64,000 nt of DNA from Nemertoderma westbladi (Eukaryota > Animalia > Xenacoelomorpha). Shown here in pieces: positions 23,083 to 34,267 of the stretch. Within the stretch, counting starts at the first letter, position 1. Every line of letters begins with the position of its first letter. The stretch covers positions 1 to 64,000 of the forward strand of contig JAUCBJ010007832.1 of assembly GCA_032718475.1 (NCBI GenBank), given 5' to 3'. Below the pieces are notes generated by a model. It ran no database searches. It saw nothing but the letters and a program-made list of their open reading frames with translations, and was not told the origin of the DNA. A program made the translations under genes and the position numbers.

Positions 23083-26000
23083 GACATGAAATTTTGGCCT
23101 ATTTACTAATTATAATTGTGCGCTAAGGCTCGCCTTTACTGCGTGGCTCGCCCCACAGTGGAACGTACAGCAAATTAATTGCACAGATAGGTGACGTTCA
23201 TTACTATCTATATTTTATTTATCTTGAAGTTTTCGAAGTTCCCACCCGATTTGTATAAATAAGTCAACTGTATATTGCTAACAGGCGACATCTTCCGGGC
23301 CTAGCCCGTAGCTCCACTTTACTGGAGAACCGCGTACGCAGTCAGGCAGTGTGAGGCCCTCAAATCAGGATAAATAATAGGCCTATGCGGGAGCGAAACC
23401 AACCCATTACTGCATTACTATTACCACCACGCTGTAAGGCCGCACCAAAGTACTGCGCAGCTTCTCGCTATTATTTGGAGGAATTTGTCTTAGTATTGTT
23501 AAGATTGCCATAGTTTTAGTAAGAATAATGTAAACCAAGAATGAAACACTTAAATTTTTTGATTAATTTCTACCACCTTGTTGTAATTTGTAGAGCCCCA
23601 CCTCCATCAACGTGTTAGTATTACGTAGTAAAATATTAAGTTTGTAACAAACTAAAAGGTATTTTATTTCTTTGATTTCAATAATAAATTGATAATAATT
23701 TAGTGTTAATTAATTGTTTTTATCAATAACATGTGTATGTGGACATTTATGAATTGGAATATGACAATATCGAGAGTTTCAATATTCTATGGGAATCAGA
23801 TTCCTGTGGATAATAATTATGTTAGCAGAACTTGACGTCTAAACCTTGTGGCATACTCTTGAAATCCGATAGTCCTTGAGGAATTCCTGCTCTCCGATTA
23901 TCAAATACTGGCTAAAATCGTATAGAATTACATAAATTCCCCCATATACATTAAAAAGTCAGAGCGAATACTATTAATTTTATATGCTTTGAAATAATTT
24001 TATCATCAAATCCATTGCGACATTGTGTTTCTTTCAATGCTATTTATTATTCAGTTTATCTAATCCTAATGCAATACGTTGACAGTTTTCCAGTTTGCTG
24101 TTGATTTGCAACAAAAGGAGTTAATGTGGAGGATCGTTCGATAAATACAAATATTTAGAAGCGTAGCGCTCAATATAAAAAAATACAAACCTAGCCAGTC
24201 CATGACGATGGTTTCAAGCTCAGTGGCGGCGGGACACGCAGCCCAGGTGAAGCCAATACAGTTGATGGTGCTGCCCAACATTTCCCCGAGCAATGAGGGG
24301 AATGATGTGAGTGCAGGGAAGTAGGCGTGCATTCGTGGAGATTGCCAATGTGTTACCTAGTCAGATAGAAACAAACCTAATCATTAATCAATCCCGTTGG
24401 ACCTTAGAGACTATAGCGGGAATATGGCAGTACTTTCATGAAGCATCGTGATAAACTCAAAAGAACATTTTATTAGCTAAAAGCGACATAATAAAACAGT
24501 AATAATTTATTAAGCAATAGAACTTAGGATGATCCAACTTCTATAGCAAATGGAACGGGAAAAATTAATTCGCCACCAGCGGGGATCGAGCCCGCGTCTC
24601 CCGATAAACGTTCAGGTATGCTAATGGAGGCTTAATGAGTGGCTTCGTATTAACAGGTCGCATTATTATAAGGGTGTAGGCCTATTATATTGCCAAATTT
24701 GTAGATAGAGTGTCTTGTTAATTTACCAGATGTTTCATGAATGTCTGACCCCCCACTTTTCCTCCCACAAGACATGATCTTGTTATACAGTAACAGTTGC
24801 CAGTACAACTTGTGCCTGCTTTTTAGGAGTATCACACGATTTTGGAACTAGATTGTTATCGAGGGTGCACATGTACTGTACAATGCCTCATTTGTTAAAA
24901 GAAGCTTGCAGTAGTGCAAGCTTGGCGTGAAACACATCTTGGAGATTTGGGGAACTAATATAAATATATAAAATTTATTGATCAATTATAATTTCAATGA
25001 TTATATAACTATAACAGAAAACTGGAGTCCGGACAATTGCGACGCGGACAATTGCGACCCGGACAATTGCGACCCGGTCAATTGCGACCCGGATAATTGC
25101 GACCCGGTCAATTGCGACCCATCAATTTTTTCCAAAATCATGGGTCGCAATTGACCGGGTCGCAATTGTCCGGATCCAGATAAAATGATGTAATGTATAT
25201 CATTGATAAATATCATTGTATATCATTGACAATTGGGACCCGGACAATTGCGACCCATAATTTTTATTTAAAACATGGGTCGCAATTTACCGGGTCCCAA
25301 TTGTCAATGATATACAATGATATTTATCAATGATATACATTACATCATTTTATCTGGATCCGGACAATTGCGACCCGGACAAATGCGACCCGGTCAATTG
25401 CGACCCATCAATTTTTTCCAAAATCATGCGTCGCAATTGACCGGTTCGCAGTTGTCCGGGTCGCAATTTTCCAGGTCGCAATTGTCCTAACATCCAGAAA
25501 ACTACCGGTACTGGGGCTACTACAAATGGGTAGTACGATCTTGGACAGTAAAGGAGAGCCTTCCAGTCTACCTGAGTCTCTATTGTTGTCGAAATCGTTT
25601 CTTCCAGGTCAAGTATCCCTTTCAAATTGGTCTATATAAGTCATAGCCGGTCAGAATGCCTGCCTTGTGTTGATTGCCACAAAAGTAGGTCTGGTCTGAC
25701 CTCATATTTACTCTTCCAGCAGCGTTTGTCATGATTTTCCCCAGCTGATATTTAGTGCTATTTAGTGCTTAGTAGACTTGTTTAGCAACGACCAATTCGT
25801 TGTTCAAGTGATTTTGTCAGTGTCCGGGTCTCACCCCCGTAGTAAAGTACACTTTCCACTATGGCTCGAAAGAACTTAGTCTTCAGGTGCCTGGAGAGAT
25901 CTGATTTCCAGATGGTATCCATTTTTGATAGAGCTCCCCATGCCTTTACTTTCCTAACTTCTATGTCTTTTTTGCTACTCTCTATCCCTGACCCAAGGTA

Positions 26001-26936
26001 CTGGAAGTCGTCAATATTTTTAGTTGTTAAACGTTTTAATATTAATTAGTGAAGTGAGTTAAGTAAAAAAAACCTTACCGGTAGGTTTGAACAGCATTTG
26101 GTTCCACAATTTAAATACTAATAAAGACTTAGACAGTTGCATACAATTAGTGATTAGCTGACGGCTGTTCACTGAAAGAGGGAAAGGGCAGTGCAATAAA
26201 GAGTGTAAAATAACTAGCCACCAGGAAGCACCACTACAAATATGCGATAGCCAGCAGCTAGTCTTAGGTTAGTTTAATCTGCTCTATATTTCTCCCCAAA
26301 GGTAAGAAATATATAGATAGACCTACTACATAACATCTAATCTTTGTTTAACATTTAACGGGGCGATATAAAACTCTTGCACAACCATTATTTAACTAAT
26401 AAACCTCTCTCGGTATAATAGGACCTAGACGTGTATTTGATTATAGGTTATATTGTATTGTCGAACACTATCCTCAATGTACTTGTGATAGTTTTTAAAA
26501 TCTATAGAGCTATCTAAATAGAGCTAGCTAGGCATAAAGTTATTCTATATATTTTATATATTATATAAGTATATCAATGACTGACATTTACCGTTTACTT
26601 GAGTTATATAACTTACTCCCGGCATAATAACCCGTTCTATATCAGAGAATATATTTGGCCAACTGTCACCCTCGTATGGTGCTTTATCCGGGAGCAGTTT
26701 CGACATGTATCCAGGTTTAACGTCAGGGTAAACATGACGCTTATCTATGGTGTCCATGTAATTCGCTATATAATCGACCATTTCTTTACCTGAAAATATA
26801 TATATATATAATAGTCTCAGAAACCTGTCTTGCAGATGTCTGTCTGTCATGATAATACGAAACTAACGATACATTTTACCACGACGTAAGCCAGTATATT
26901 ATTCTTACCTCTCTTCCTAAATTCTTTCGAATCCAT
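1663..26936 (-). CDS. HDC: Histidine decarboxylase (PLP-dependent group II decarboxylase), 8 exons: 26936-26909, 26789-26617, 24356-24191, 8402-8194, 7468-7258, 7121-6959, 4910-4715, 2139-1663; 1623 nt, 540 aa
   Basis: All introns are GT-AG and phases (1,0,1,0,1,2,0) give one open frame: [18 protein letters not shown]...[24 protein letters not shown]...[12 protein letters not shown]...LHVDAAYAG...FNPSKW...DPLYLKH...[18 protein letters not shown] (DDC has NPHKW, TDC has NPNKW) and LSRRFR (DDC has LGRRFR) indicate HDC. The exact C-terminus is less certain. Confidence 0.9.
2378..2775 (-). mobile_element. Degraded 5'-truncated RTE LINE family A fragment in HDC intron 7
   Basis: (cta)n tail followed by tcggcatgctgcattgcagc; matches 71-534 and 28990-29430. 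Confidence 0.8.
4715..4910 (-). CDS. HDC: HDC exon 7
   Basis: ttcag|G GTT TCG ... CGC AAG|gtgtgt; contains DPLYLKH and [18 protein letters not shown]. Confidence 0.92.
5841..6967. repeat. 45-bp minisatellite, ~25 copies, whose unit includes the HDC exon 6 / intron 6 junction
   Basis: Unit cacattgcattatcttactctatgatctcattggtgaggacttac. The last copy overlaps the exon end (minus strand TGCAATGTG|GTAAGTCC). Confidence 0.95.
6959..7121 (-). CDS. HDC: HDC exon 6 (PLP-binding lysine)
   Basis: ccag|GT CGC ... [19 protein letters not shown]...[19 protein letters not shown]; donor TG|gtaagt. Confidence 0.93.
7258..7468 (-). CDS. HDC: HDC exon 5
   Basis: ttag|GCA CAC TCA TCT GTT GAG AAA; AHSSVEKAA...[16 protein letters not shown]; donor T|gttagt. 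Confidence 0.92.
8194..8402 (-). CDS. HDC: HDC exon 4
   Basis: acag|CA AAG GCT; [14 protein letters not shown]...LAAR...RLVAYCSDQ; donor CAG|gtgggt. Confidence 0.9.
8580..9175. repeat. Dispersed non-coding repeat; inverted homolog at ~59700-60470
   Basis: Shared blocks such as gagcatcgacgtagaaaaggtttgcaagtaattt and ctcgctcggtaaataaaatgcctcgaga occur reverse-complemented in 59700-60470. Confidence 0.8.
9355..9760. repeat. Dispersed repeat; inverted homolog at ~32440-32830
   Basis: ttgcctgacagccagataggccaacttcattacctaccggtag and gccaccataaatataagctaact match the reverse complement of 32460-32610. Confidence 0.8.
9866..11004 (+). repeat. 5' LTR of element 1
   Basis: Direct repeat of 21091-22229; tgtaaaagc...gcgcaaaca; CCAAT box near 10146. 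Confidence 0.97.
11286..11860 (+). repeat. Tandem duplication (2 x ~287 bp) in the leader of element 1; also present in element 2 (~45580-46150)
   Basis: gataatttgtaggct... starts at ~11287 and ~11573. gagcatctgtccgataaagtgctagtt and ttagaacgcatactaactaa each occur twice. Confidence 0.85.
13198..17262 (+). CDS. BEL/Pao Gag-aspartic protease polyprotein (1354 aa); remnant continues in frame after a TGA to 17844
   Basis: [12 protein letters not shown]...[14 protein letters not shown] (DUF1759-like capsid region); three CCHC knuckles ([40 protein letters not shown]); protease [12 protein letters not shown] and ILIGQN. TGA at 17260 corresponds to AGA in element 2. Confidence 0.9.
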   Translation: MSDTKQTLSDSLLESARMSVRQGLKKIWDSAKSIERLRPKSKSPPTVSKVIPTVVISEPRLVQHRRSIIGTRAQVKRDQEAAEQQQPTSQEFIPQRPDSSSSEDTVELTPERGAKMTDAVYSDPLLILPAAVLTRILIAVEEHQIDWARSQRSTKDSYAGYTWEELKSIVESQWNFPGPGLPFDLSEAAWEDIHRMGVTKETVDPAVWKRSAAGYVQGFFSSMERLEKQLFQQPQGPQEQGQLLYQVRERILRIRLILLAFEEASKRRQDTSLQVAVKTWFQQVSLQVQGTTQWKAQLDERSTHGESTDATFSQVESEAMAEKPHKRDAIDIYLSDYQRFVGDEELRRRLEGLSPNSEGAQRVLDAIDVDRLAANQAKFNESIRIAKVQEEQVKKKRIEDRKTAAAAGAAAEAERKIAVAEAERRASEETTQLELENLQEKQDNFSKQLTASNMQMMNRSTPKRQGYTSSEEGDTTDTEGKGNRSRLSRRKRTSHRQKLPDLPPAVRRQLNNTNLGSTEPTDQIITIERLPTIVDEPEIIRPVLEITPSVIETPVLPEPTSKFPLHSTKLPVPSRTAHETVHVLDSERNIHDLSPVVPRPPATTLATPASAVEWVDERRRGMDLLLGQMQETVQQFKGTVRESRLELQEVQQSIALERDKLVNTQKGIPPPSVTMCQPVRSEVSHAQGVEPTRIYTASEVETPIVNPIKGDYRPVDNDIPYRPDHNPRNLYTDNSILNNTMAQESFTRQMARTEARQAVKVGEIVKFNGDEMKWLPFNEYYKDNIQNSVLSNGEKLRFLIECLEGSPKLMALKFIGHPDGLRQVWDTLNIRYGNRNNIARYLYAKLMVPRKFLSSGIIEFSDEIQEICRQLDWLGKSHEYQNSMVVGALASTLPKGGVGTRWDKKVLYMMEQQRRDPTMADLMSFLDGEVKLQLLRQSREKTPENKVSEKPVSRRRVIPVCYTDDGESQASQEEDSGKDTERSYYDNKILKDVSKFKSRTNDRREQVRKTPPTSPKRIHVRNPEERTNVHHTAHVKVSNVKPKCVLCDGPHRLNACDEFLRKSLKDRREVMWDKRLCYNCLRRGHQRRTCYSDARCAKCGAKHHILLHTEFERNSPSQVSDSELHVQFSDVNDTDQSEMEGFYTDEFSDENESCYMINTAVYRALTYEKDTESDLTLTTSDRQPSWKAPTSNVGIREFPVVRIRVHGPKRSYVVNALLDSGSTGTFIDKELAEDIFAGQPKFRTKLNMSGIMQVWKSTVTADYYVGVLSTPQDELGEHSIRSVKMVAIKNFATTQVEPYNWDEDDFTQQFEIPRFNTDYPGVQILIGQNAHEALETLEKRPAQPQPLQVYAGRT
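17263..17750 (+). pseudogene. Deleted pol remnant (end of BEL RNase H region fused to the extreme C-terminus of pol)
   Basis: [18 protein letters not shown]...GPDFL...EWP followed by RPAGRLCL. No YxDD RT motif and no HHCC/DDE integrase. Confidence 0.8.
19405..21012 (+). pseudogene. Disrupted accessory ORF2 of element 1, unknown function
   Basis: ATG at 19405 ([22 protein letters not shown]) is homologous to 53273. TAA at 19534 is GAA in element 2. Later frameshifts and an inverted duplication. Ends [12 protein letters not shown]. Confidence 0.75.
20614..20770. repeat. Perfect 76-bp inverted repeat with 5-nt loop
   Basis: Arms 20614-20689 and 20695-20770, loop gcatg. Confidence 0.95.
21091..22229 (+). 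repeat. 3' LTR of element 1
   Basis: Direct repeat of 9866-11004, followed by TSD acagt. Confidence 0.97.
23025..23086 (+). repeat. (GACG/GACA)n microsatellite, possibly part of a Helentron-associated (DINE-1-like) element
   Basis: cagacggacagacggacagac...; the family assignment is only by analogy. Confidence 0.6.
24191..24356 (-). CDS. HDC: HDC exon 3
   Basis: ctag|GTA ACA CAT TGG; [16 protein letters not shown]...[15 protein letters not shown]; donor G|gtttgt. Confidence 0.93.
25029..25488. repeat. Fold-back cluster of 15-bp units (ccggacaattgcgac) in nested inverted arrays
   Basis: Three hairpin modules. A larger palindrome is centred near 25265 with arms including agataaaatgatgtaatgtatatcattgataaatatcattgtatatcattgacaattggg and its reverse complement. 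Confidence 0.9.
25520..26012 (-). mobile_element. 3' fragment of RTE-type LINE family B
   Basis: cttagtcttcagg.gcctggagagatctgatttccagatggtatccatttttgatagagct is shared with ~34725-34790. DFQYLGS-like RT thumb motif on the minus strand. Confidence 0.75.
26617..26789 (-). CDS. HDC: HDC exon 2
   Basis: ttcag|GT AAA GAA ATG; [11 protein letters not shown]...YPDVKPGYM...DIERVIMPG; donor GGA|gtaagt. Confidence 0.93.
26909..26936 (-). CDS. HDC: HDC exon 1 (coding part, MDSKEFRKR)
   Basis: ATG GAT TCG AAA GAA TTT AGG AAG AGA G|gtaaga. Matches the conserved M...EFRKRG N-terminus. Too short for the ORF track. Confidence 0.88.
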
Positions 26937-28989
26937 TTCGACTAGTTGCCAACTAACTTTCTAGGGATGCTTTGATGTATCTTTGAGACCCAGATACCAT
27001 TTACCACCTATCATTACCAGGATCCAAAATATTAAGTCAACACCAAAATCTGATCGGCGCATTTATAAAATAAATTATACGACCACCAAATAATATATTT
27101 TTATATTCCTCCACAGCAACACCAACATGCACCATGTACCAGAAAACACTATGTTTATTGCAGAATCGTACCAGACTCCCTTTATTGTAAATGGGTCGTA
27201 CCATCACACACCCTAAATCATCTATAATTCTTAGTCACCTTTGGCTTATCGAAAGGTGTCTTAAAATAATACTTACATATTAATTATGTCGAAACATACA
27301 AAATATTAAGTTCTAACATAGTTATTATTATTAAATAAGTTATTCGTTCTTATCATAATAGTTAATCAATTATTAATTGTGGATATGGGAAGGTATTGAA
27401 CCATACAACAAACACAAAATTTATTCATGTCAACCAAATCATCATGAAAATTCATATGTCCAACGATATGTCCATATGATCCACGACCTACGGATGCAGG
27501 AACTCGAGTTCATCGATTGCCAGATAGCCAGTTCCAACAGCTGGAATCATCACAATAAGGTCGCCAACATAACTGTTTGTTCTTGGGGGGGGGGGGGGGG
27601 GGTATTCAAAAAGCAACAAAACACACAATTTTAGCGCCAAAAAAGATGAAAATATGGCGAAATAAAAATAAAAATGGCGAAAAATTTTCAAAATAACGAG
27701 TTTTGATATTGGTTTCAAAATTTTGCCTGTACCAATTGATTCTTCAAACAATCAGATAAACTTTTTTTTTCTTTTAAAATTTTTTATGATGTTATAGCGT
27801 TTTCATTTGAAAATTGTTGTTTTGAGAAAAATGGATTTAAATTTTATGAACATATTTCCAAAACTGTCTTGTCAGTCAAAATAGGAAATAGCACACCAAC
27901 GAGATAAAATTTCCGCTAGGGAGGTTTTAAGGTCGCTGATTTCATTTCCGAAGTCAGCTTCATAATTGGACAGCGTCCTGTCTGTCTGAATTGCTGCCTG
28001 AACAGACCATGTAGATGCCGTCAAAAAAGAAAACTGACATCGCAAATGAAATCACCAACCATGAAAACGCCGATAACAATGTAGTAGCTAGTTGGTATGC
28101 TTTCCTAGCACTTTGACAAGCAGATCACTGGACGGACACAAAAACCGACAGACAGACATACACATATAGTAGGAGGTGATTAGCAGTTTTTAGATTAGTA
28201 GTTTTCAGATTAGTAGTTAGTTAGGTGATATGCCTTCTTTATATTTTGACAGACAGGTTGTCAGACAGTACCATTTTAGATTTACACCATCTTAGTTTCT
28301 AATCCATTATTCTGGCGGATTAAATACATAGATAGTTTAGCCTCCCTATTTTAGAGTGGGGAGTCGGAATTGAGTTTGAGTGGATTGCGAGTTTTAATAT
28401 TTAGTCACAAGTGTTTAGATATATGTCCTATGCGGTTGCACCAGTCGCAATACAGTTTATGTTATTCTTGTAACACATTAGGATTATTGGACGGAAGTTG
28501 CATATTTACTCATCCGTTATATGACATTATTCTATTGAAAAAAAAAGGACCAAAATTATAGAACATTTTTCTTACTTTTCCAACAAGTACATAGTACTCG
28601 TTGTCTATGGACAAAATGAATTAAACCCAAGCTGAGAATAACATGAACGACACAGGAGAAGAAAGAAGATACGAATGCATAGGAAGAAGAAGAGGCTTAA
28701 AAATTAATTTAATAATTAACTAATTAATTTCCAAATTTAAAAAAAGACATCAAATTTAATTATATTATTGGATTTAAATTATAGTTGAAAATATATTAAT
28801 GTTTAAGAATACGTAATAGATATGTAATATGATAGAATAGATATGTCCTATATACCATTACTCCGTAAAGGGTTAAAATGATTAAAAATATTGACTTTAT
28901 TTATATGGCATTGCCACGGGCTATAGGATAGAATTATAGGGTGGGTGGGCGGAGTTCCCGGACAAAGTACCATATGATACATTGGTCGC

Positions 28990-31900
28990 TACTAGTACTA
29001 GTATCGGCATGCTGCATTGCAGCTGCATTTTTAAGAATGCTGTGCCGGCTTGTAGAAAAAATTGCGCCGCCACAACGCCCTAGCACCCATCACATATGCT
29101 AGATCATCCGCATCTTCAAGGCAGTGTCCTTTAAGATGCGTCTCAAGAAAGTCATGGGCTGTCCACCATGCTTATTCACTCCATGAGGCTGCCAAAGTAC
29201 AAGATTATGCACTGGCTGGTCCTCACGGCGAAAGCAATGTCCTACAAAGCCGAGGCGATTTTGTTCTAGTTGCAAGCTGGGGGAACCAATGAGACACCTC
29301 CAATGTTATATAGTGTCTGGTTGGAGATGTGTGCATTGTACTTGACACAATGAACCCGGCGTAGCATTCTTGTGAATGTGCCATCCAGAGATTTGGTGTC
29401 CTCAGCAGTTAGAGCCCAGCATGGACTCCCGTAGAGGAGTACTGGAACTACTGCTGCTCTAAATAATCGGACCTTAAGTTTCCGATTAATTCTCGGTGAC
29501 TTCCAAATCCTGGAGAGCCTATTCAAGGCTGCCCATGCCTTTCCCTTACGTATTCGAAGGTCCTCACCTGACTTCCGGATCCATGATCCCAGGTAACAGT
29601 AGTCGTCCACATGTTCAAGCATACCATCCTTTGAGATTATGCTCATCCGATCAGAGACTTGCTGAGGACTTTCAAAGTCAACTGTCAAAATTGTGGTCTT
29701 TCTGGAGTTAATAAAAAGACCAACACTAGAAGCAGCATGTTCTAGTGAGCTGAGGAGCCGTTGGGCTCACTCTAATGATTCTGAGAGTACTCCTAAGTCA
29801 TCAGCAAAGTCTAGATCAGTTAGGATAGGTACTTGGCAGGATTTCCTCGACTTCTGGAGTCAGTAGGTGGAGTTATCATCACCCCATCATCATTAAGATG
29901 ATCTAAGGACATGCGTAGAACTTAGTCAACCACAATTATGAACAATAATGGTGCAAGTGTGTCTCCCTGGAGGACGCACCATAACACTTCAAATGGTTCT
30001 GTGTCACCATCAACAGTAGACACAAATGTTGTCGAACCATCGTATACTGATCTGATTGCTGCAATAATTTCATCAGGAATCCCATATAATTGAAGTATGC
30101 TGAACATACGTGATCGAGAGACTGAATCAAAGGCCTTGAAGAAGTCAACAAAGATAACAGCCAGATGCCTGTCTTTCTTTTTTGATAACTCTTCAATTAT
30201 CCTTCTAAGTGCCAAAATGGGCTCCATGGTCCCACGACCTTTACGGAACCCATTCTGATTTCCACGGAGCAGTCTCTCAATGGGATTCCTGATGCGATTT
30301 AATAGAATTGTATTGTATCAGCCGCTGTAGTCTGTTTGAGTCGGGACTCTTTCTGCGCCTTGTAGAGGTCATTTCGGCACTTCAGAATTTTGTTGTCAGT
30401 CCAGGGGGCCCTTTTCCTGTTTCGAGGGTATACAGGAACTGTTTCTACAGCTGCTAACTTAACTGCTTCTGTGAAGGCAGTATAGCCCTCACAGTGATCT
30501 GCCGCCTCAGAGGCAAGAACCTCATACCTGTTGCTCAGCTGTAGTGTGAAGCTGGATCTCACACTTGGCTGTTGCAACAGAGAGGACCAGTCATGCCGCG
30601 GCAAGGTAGATTTCGTTGCTCTGCTAGCACGCAGACTAAGTCTTACCTTGGCCACAATAAGGCAGTGATCACTGGAGAAGGGTCGAAGTGTAAATGCATT
30701 ACAGTCTTGTATAAAGCTCCTGTATTTCCTTCGAAACAGAATATGGTCTATCTGGGACTTGTGACCACTGGGTCCACTATGAGTCCATAGCTTTCCAGTT
30801 CGCTTCTTGAACTGGGTTCCAGCCGAAAACAATCCATTTCCAGAGATAAAATCCTGAAAATGGACGGAATTTCGGTTAACTCTATTGCTATAGACCCAGG
30901 GCGATGTAGGTGATTGATGCAGACTTGCATTATAGTCTCAAAGGAATGTTAAGAATGCATGCAGATCCACTCCATCAGAAGCTGCTTGTAGATTGTGGTA
31001 GAAATTTTCCCCCTCCTCTACAGGGACAACACTAGTTGAAGAGTAGCACACAATCAGAACCACCTTAGGAAACTTCTTAGCCAGTCTTCCAGAACATGAG
31101 AAGTGGCAACGGATGATGCGGTTAGAGATTTGGTCTATTTTGTCCAATGCTGCATGTGTAGTTGGATTCATCAATAGACCAATTCCACCACTGCTGACGC
31201 GAGGGCGAGTCGCCAACCGCCCCCCGTGTCCTTAATCAGAACCTCACCAGTCTGTCCAGTCTGCATTCCGTGCTCTTGAACACCCACTGCGCTAAGAGAA
31301 AGCTTATCTGCCAAGGCAGTCAGCTCACCTTGTCGCATTGGGGAACCGAGTGTTAGGGTGTTTACTGAGGCTAGTCTAGTAACTTGCCTCAGATTCACCA
31401 ATGGCTTTGATGGTCGGGGTGGAACATGAGAGTAGCCTCCAACTCCAGAATCCCTCTCCCCCTCACAATCTGGCCTCCCTAGAGACCCAGGGTTTGGGCC
31501 TGAAAGGTCTTCAGGAAAGGGACTCAAAGAATTGTTGGCTGCTCTCTCTCCAGTAGGGGGTGAGACAGGCAGCCGGTCAGGAGATAACTGACGCCTGTGA
31601 GGCCGATTGTGTCCGGTAATTCCACTGGCCTCTAGTGGCCGGACCTCCGCATTACTAATGTAATCCATAGTGGGAGTTGGGGGTGCTTTTTTGCCGAGTC
31701 TGCTCTCGGGGCAAATACCACACCCTGGTTTGCCATTCCACAGGGTGGGTGTCGCAGTGGAGTCAGATATGAGGCCCATCACCCATATCTACTCTGGCGC
31801 GCATGACCCACCATTGGCTGTGCAGCTCATCTGCCGGGTCATGCCCTGTGCCCCTGCTGCCAGGTGCAGGTCGCAGTGAAGTGCACTCAGAGTGGACATG

Positions 31901-32157
31901 AGAACACTCTACTCCTGACCAGCCATTGGTAGATCACCATCTGCCTGGCCAGACCATATACCCCTGCAGCCAAGTATATGGGTCCTTAATCCAGGACCAA
32001 GGGCGTCCTTATCCCAGAACGAAGGGGGTCCTAGTTACAGGACCAAATTCGTCCTAGTAAGAAGGTCTATGCAGCTACAGGTGGCACCTCCTTTATGCTG
32101 CATGGAGGTGGCAAGTTTTCTTGATCAATGACCTAGAATACCTGACCTGACCTGAAT
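28990..32157 (-). mobile_element. RTE-type LINE family A with both termini, internally deleted and frameshifted (APE endonuclease plus RT)
   Basis: 12-bp TSD tacattggtcgc (28978-28989 / 32158-32169). Endonuclease motifs GVQEH, SQIDHIL, SSDH; RT motifs QNGFR, FVDFFKAFDS, LQGDTLAP, FADD, YLGS. (tag)n-like 3' tail. Confidence 0.9.
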
Positions 32158-33836
32158 TACATTGGTCGCGGCAGATGGCTCAGGCGAAAATCAAGTACTT
32201 TTGAGTAATAACTATTTACATACTTGTGTGCAAAGTAGCACTTTACATTGTGTTGATCCGAGTGCTTTGTTACACGAACGAACGTAGTGAGTGAGCGAAA
32301 ATAAAGTAACGAAGTTCAGAACACTGTAAAGTACTTTTAACAAGTATAGGCCTACATACAGTATGTATGTACTTTTATTCCAAAATTGTAACATTACGAA
32401 ATGATTGTATATATATTTTAAGTGATAGAAACTGCACAAATTAAGTTAGTTGCTGTAAAAATAAATGTAAAAATGACATAAATTATGTTATAAAAAAAGT
32501 TAGCTTATATTTATGGTGGCGTTTGGAGCCAAGTAATAGTTTATAGCGACTGGTTATTAATAGCTACCGGTAGGTAATGAAGTTGGCCTATCTGGCTGTC
32601 AGGCAATTAATAATAAATACCAACTATTGTTTATGTGGTAACCATGGCGATCCCAAGTTTCAGGTTCACTTTCATTGAACGGATGCACTGTAAAGTCGCT
32701 CTGTTGGGACATTACAACATAATAATATATCACTAATGCACAGGCTATAATGTCCTCTAAAGTTGTAAAGTGCTAAAATAACAACTCGCTCTTAATACAA
32801 ATGGCATTGAGTAATATTAAAATTTTGGAAAAAATAATTATTATAATCAAATTACCACGCAGCATAATCTAGACAAAGATAATGTTTCTATTATTTCGAT
32901 GACCTTGGAGGTTGGTAGACAGGTAAATAATTAAACTATTTCGCAGGCGCAGCAAGTGTATGATAAAATTCAGAATGCAGTTAGTTATCCAAATATATTC
33001 CACACAAAGTAGGCCTAATAGAGCGTGAACTTATAGGAATATCGGAGCAATCATCAGTATCATCCAATCAAATCGTGGGAATTTCTTTGCAATGAATTTG
33101 TAAACCATTTTATTGGCTCCTATAAACCGTGATTTACGATATGAAAAATAACTTCAGTAAACCTCAGATGTTTGTTTCTCAATAAGAACACAAAATATAC
33201 AACACTAAGCCGTTTGTTTACTCCGGAATAATTGGAAATCATTTGCTACACACTCTGTGGATAACAATATAGTTAGTGTTTGATATTCACTACATTACTA
33301 TATGGACTGGCATAATCTTTTAGGCTCGTTTAGACAAGGAATGCCTGTTCACCACAATTAATAGGTGATTGATCACCCACATTAAACCCTTCCACTCTAA
33401 TTGATAAATTGATGGGATAAAAAATTGAAACTAGTCCAACTTCTGTAGGTAGCACCACCAGTATTTTTTAACATACTTATTATAGAATCGTCAGCCTATA
33501 CATACAGTAAACCAGTAGGCCCTAGTCTATTTGATCAGTCCTCACTCACAATGTTTCGTTTTAAAATACTGAAATTCTTCAATAATTTCCCCTAAACTGC
33601 ATACATAACAATAATATATTAAAATTAAATAAATAGGTAAAATAGATAAAATGAGGGCCAGTTGAATGACTGAAGTGCAAAACACGGAATAGAAGTAGCT
33701 CCCGCCTTCAAGTAGCAGCTATCGAAAAATGTGCTTACGCGTCGCATCCGGTTTCGGTTTCCGACTGTTTGCTTTCTTGAATTTAATTAAAAGTTTTAAA
33801 AAATACATTTGAATGGATGCATCATTGGTTAGTTAT

Positions 33837-34089
33837 GCCAAGGAATGCCTATTCACCACCATGGGTGATCTTCCACAGTAAAACTCTTCCACTGTAAAAT
33901 CTGACACTTCGGTTCTTTCTTCCAAGTTGCCTTGGTTCCCATTTATCGACAAGTGAAGGATGAAAGCATGGGTTGGGCTAGGCTGCAGCATTTAAAGCAC
34001 TGTGCCCAAACAGTTGCTGACCCGTCTATGGATTGAACCAGGGCTTTCTATTTAGAAACCCAGGAACGTCACCACTAGACCAAGCTGCT
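33837..34089 (-). mobile_element. tRNA-derived SINE, older copy
   Basis: Homologous to 34268-34515. A further partial copy lies at ~33316-33400. Confidence 0.75.
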
Positions 34090-34267
34090 GCTGATATTGA
34101 ATTCAATATGTAATTTTTTGAAACTTGCACAGAATGTTGGTAACAATTTCGCGGTTTCGCCGACATTTTTAATATAGTGGTATATCCGGAAAAAGTTCCA
34201 GTTTCACATAGCAACGGAAAAACTCGTAATTATAGAATTCATTATATTTTGAATGGAATGGGAGAAT

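Noticed and set aside
1663-26936. Calling the decarboxylase DDC or tyrosine decarboxylase
   Set aside because: NPSKW, HAYFPAL, GFTWA and LSRRFR fit HDC better than DDC (NPHKW, LGRRFR) or TDC (NPNKW).
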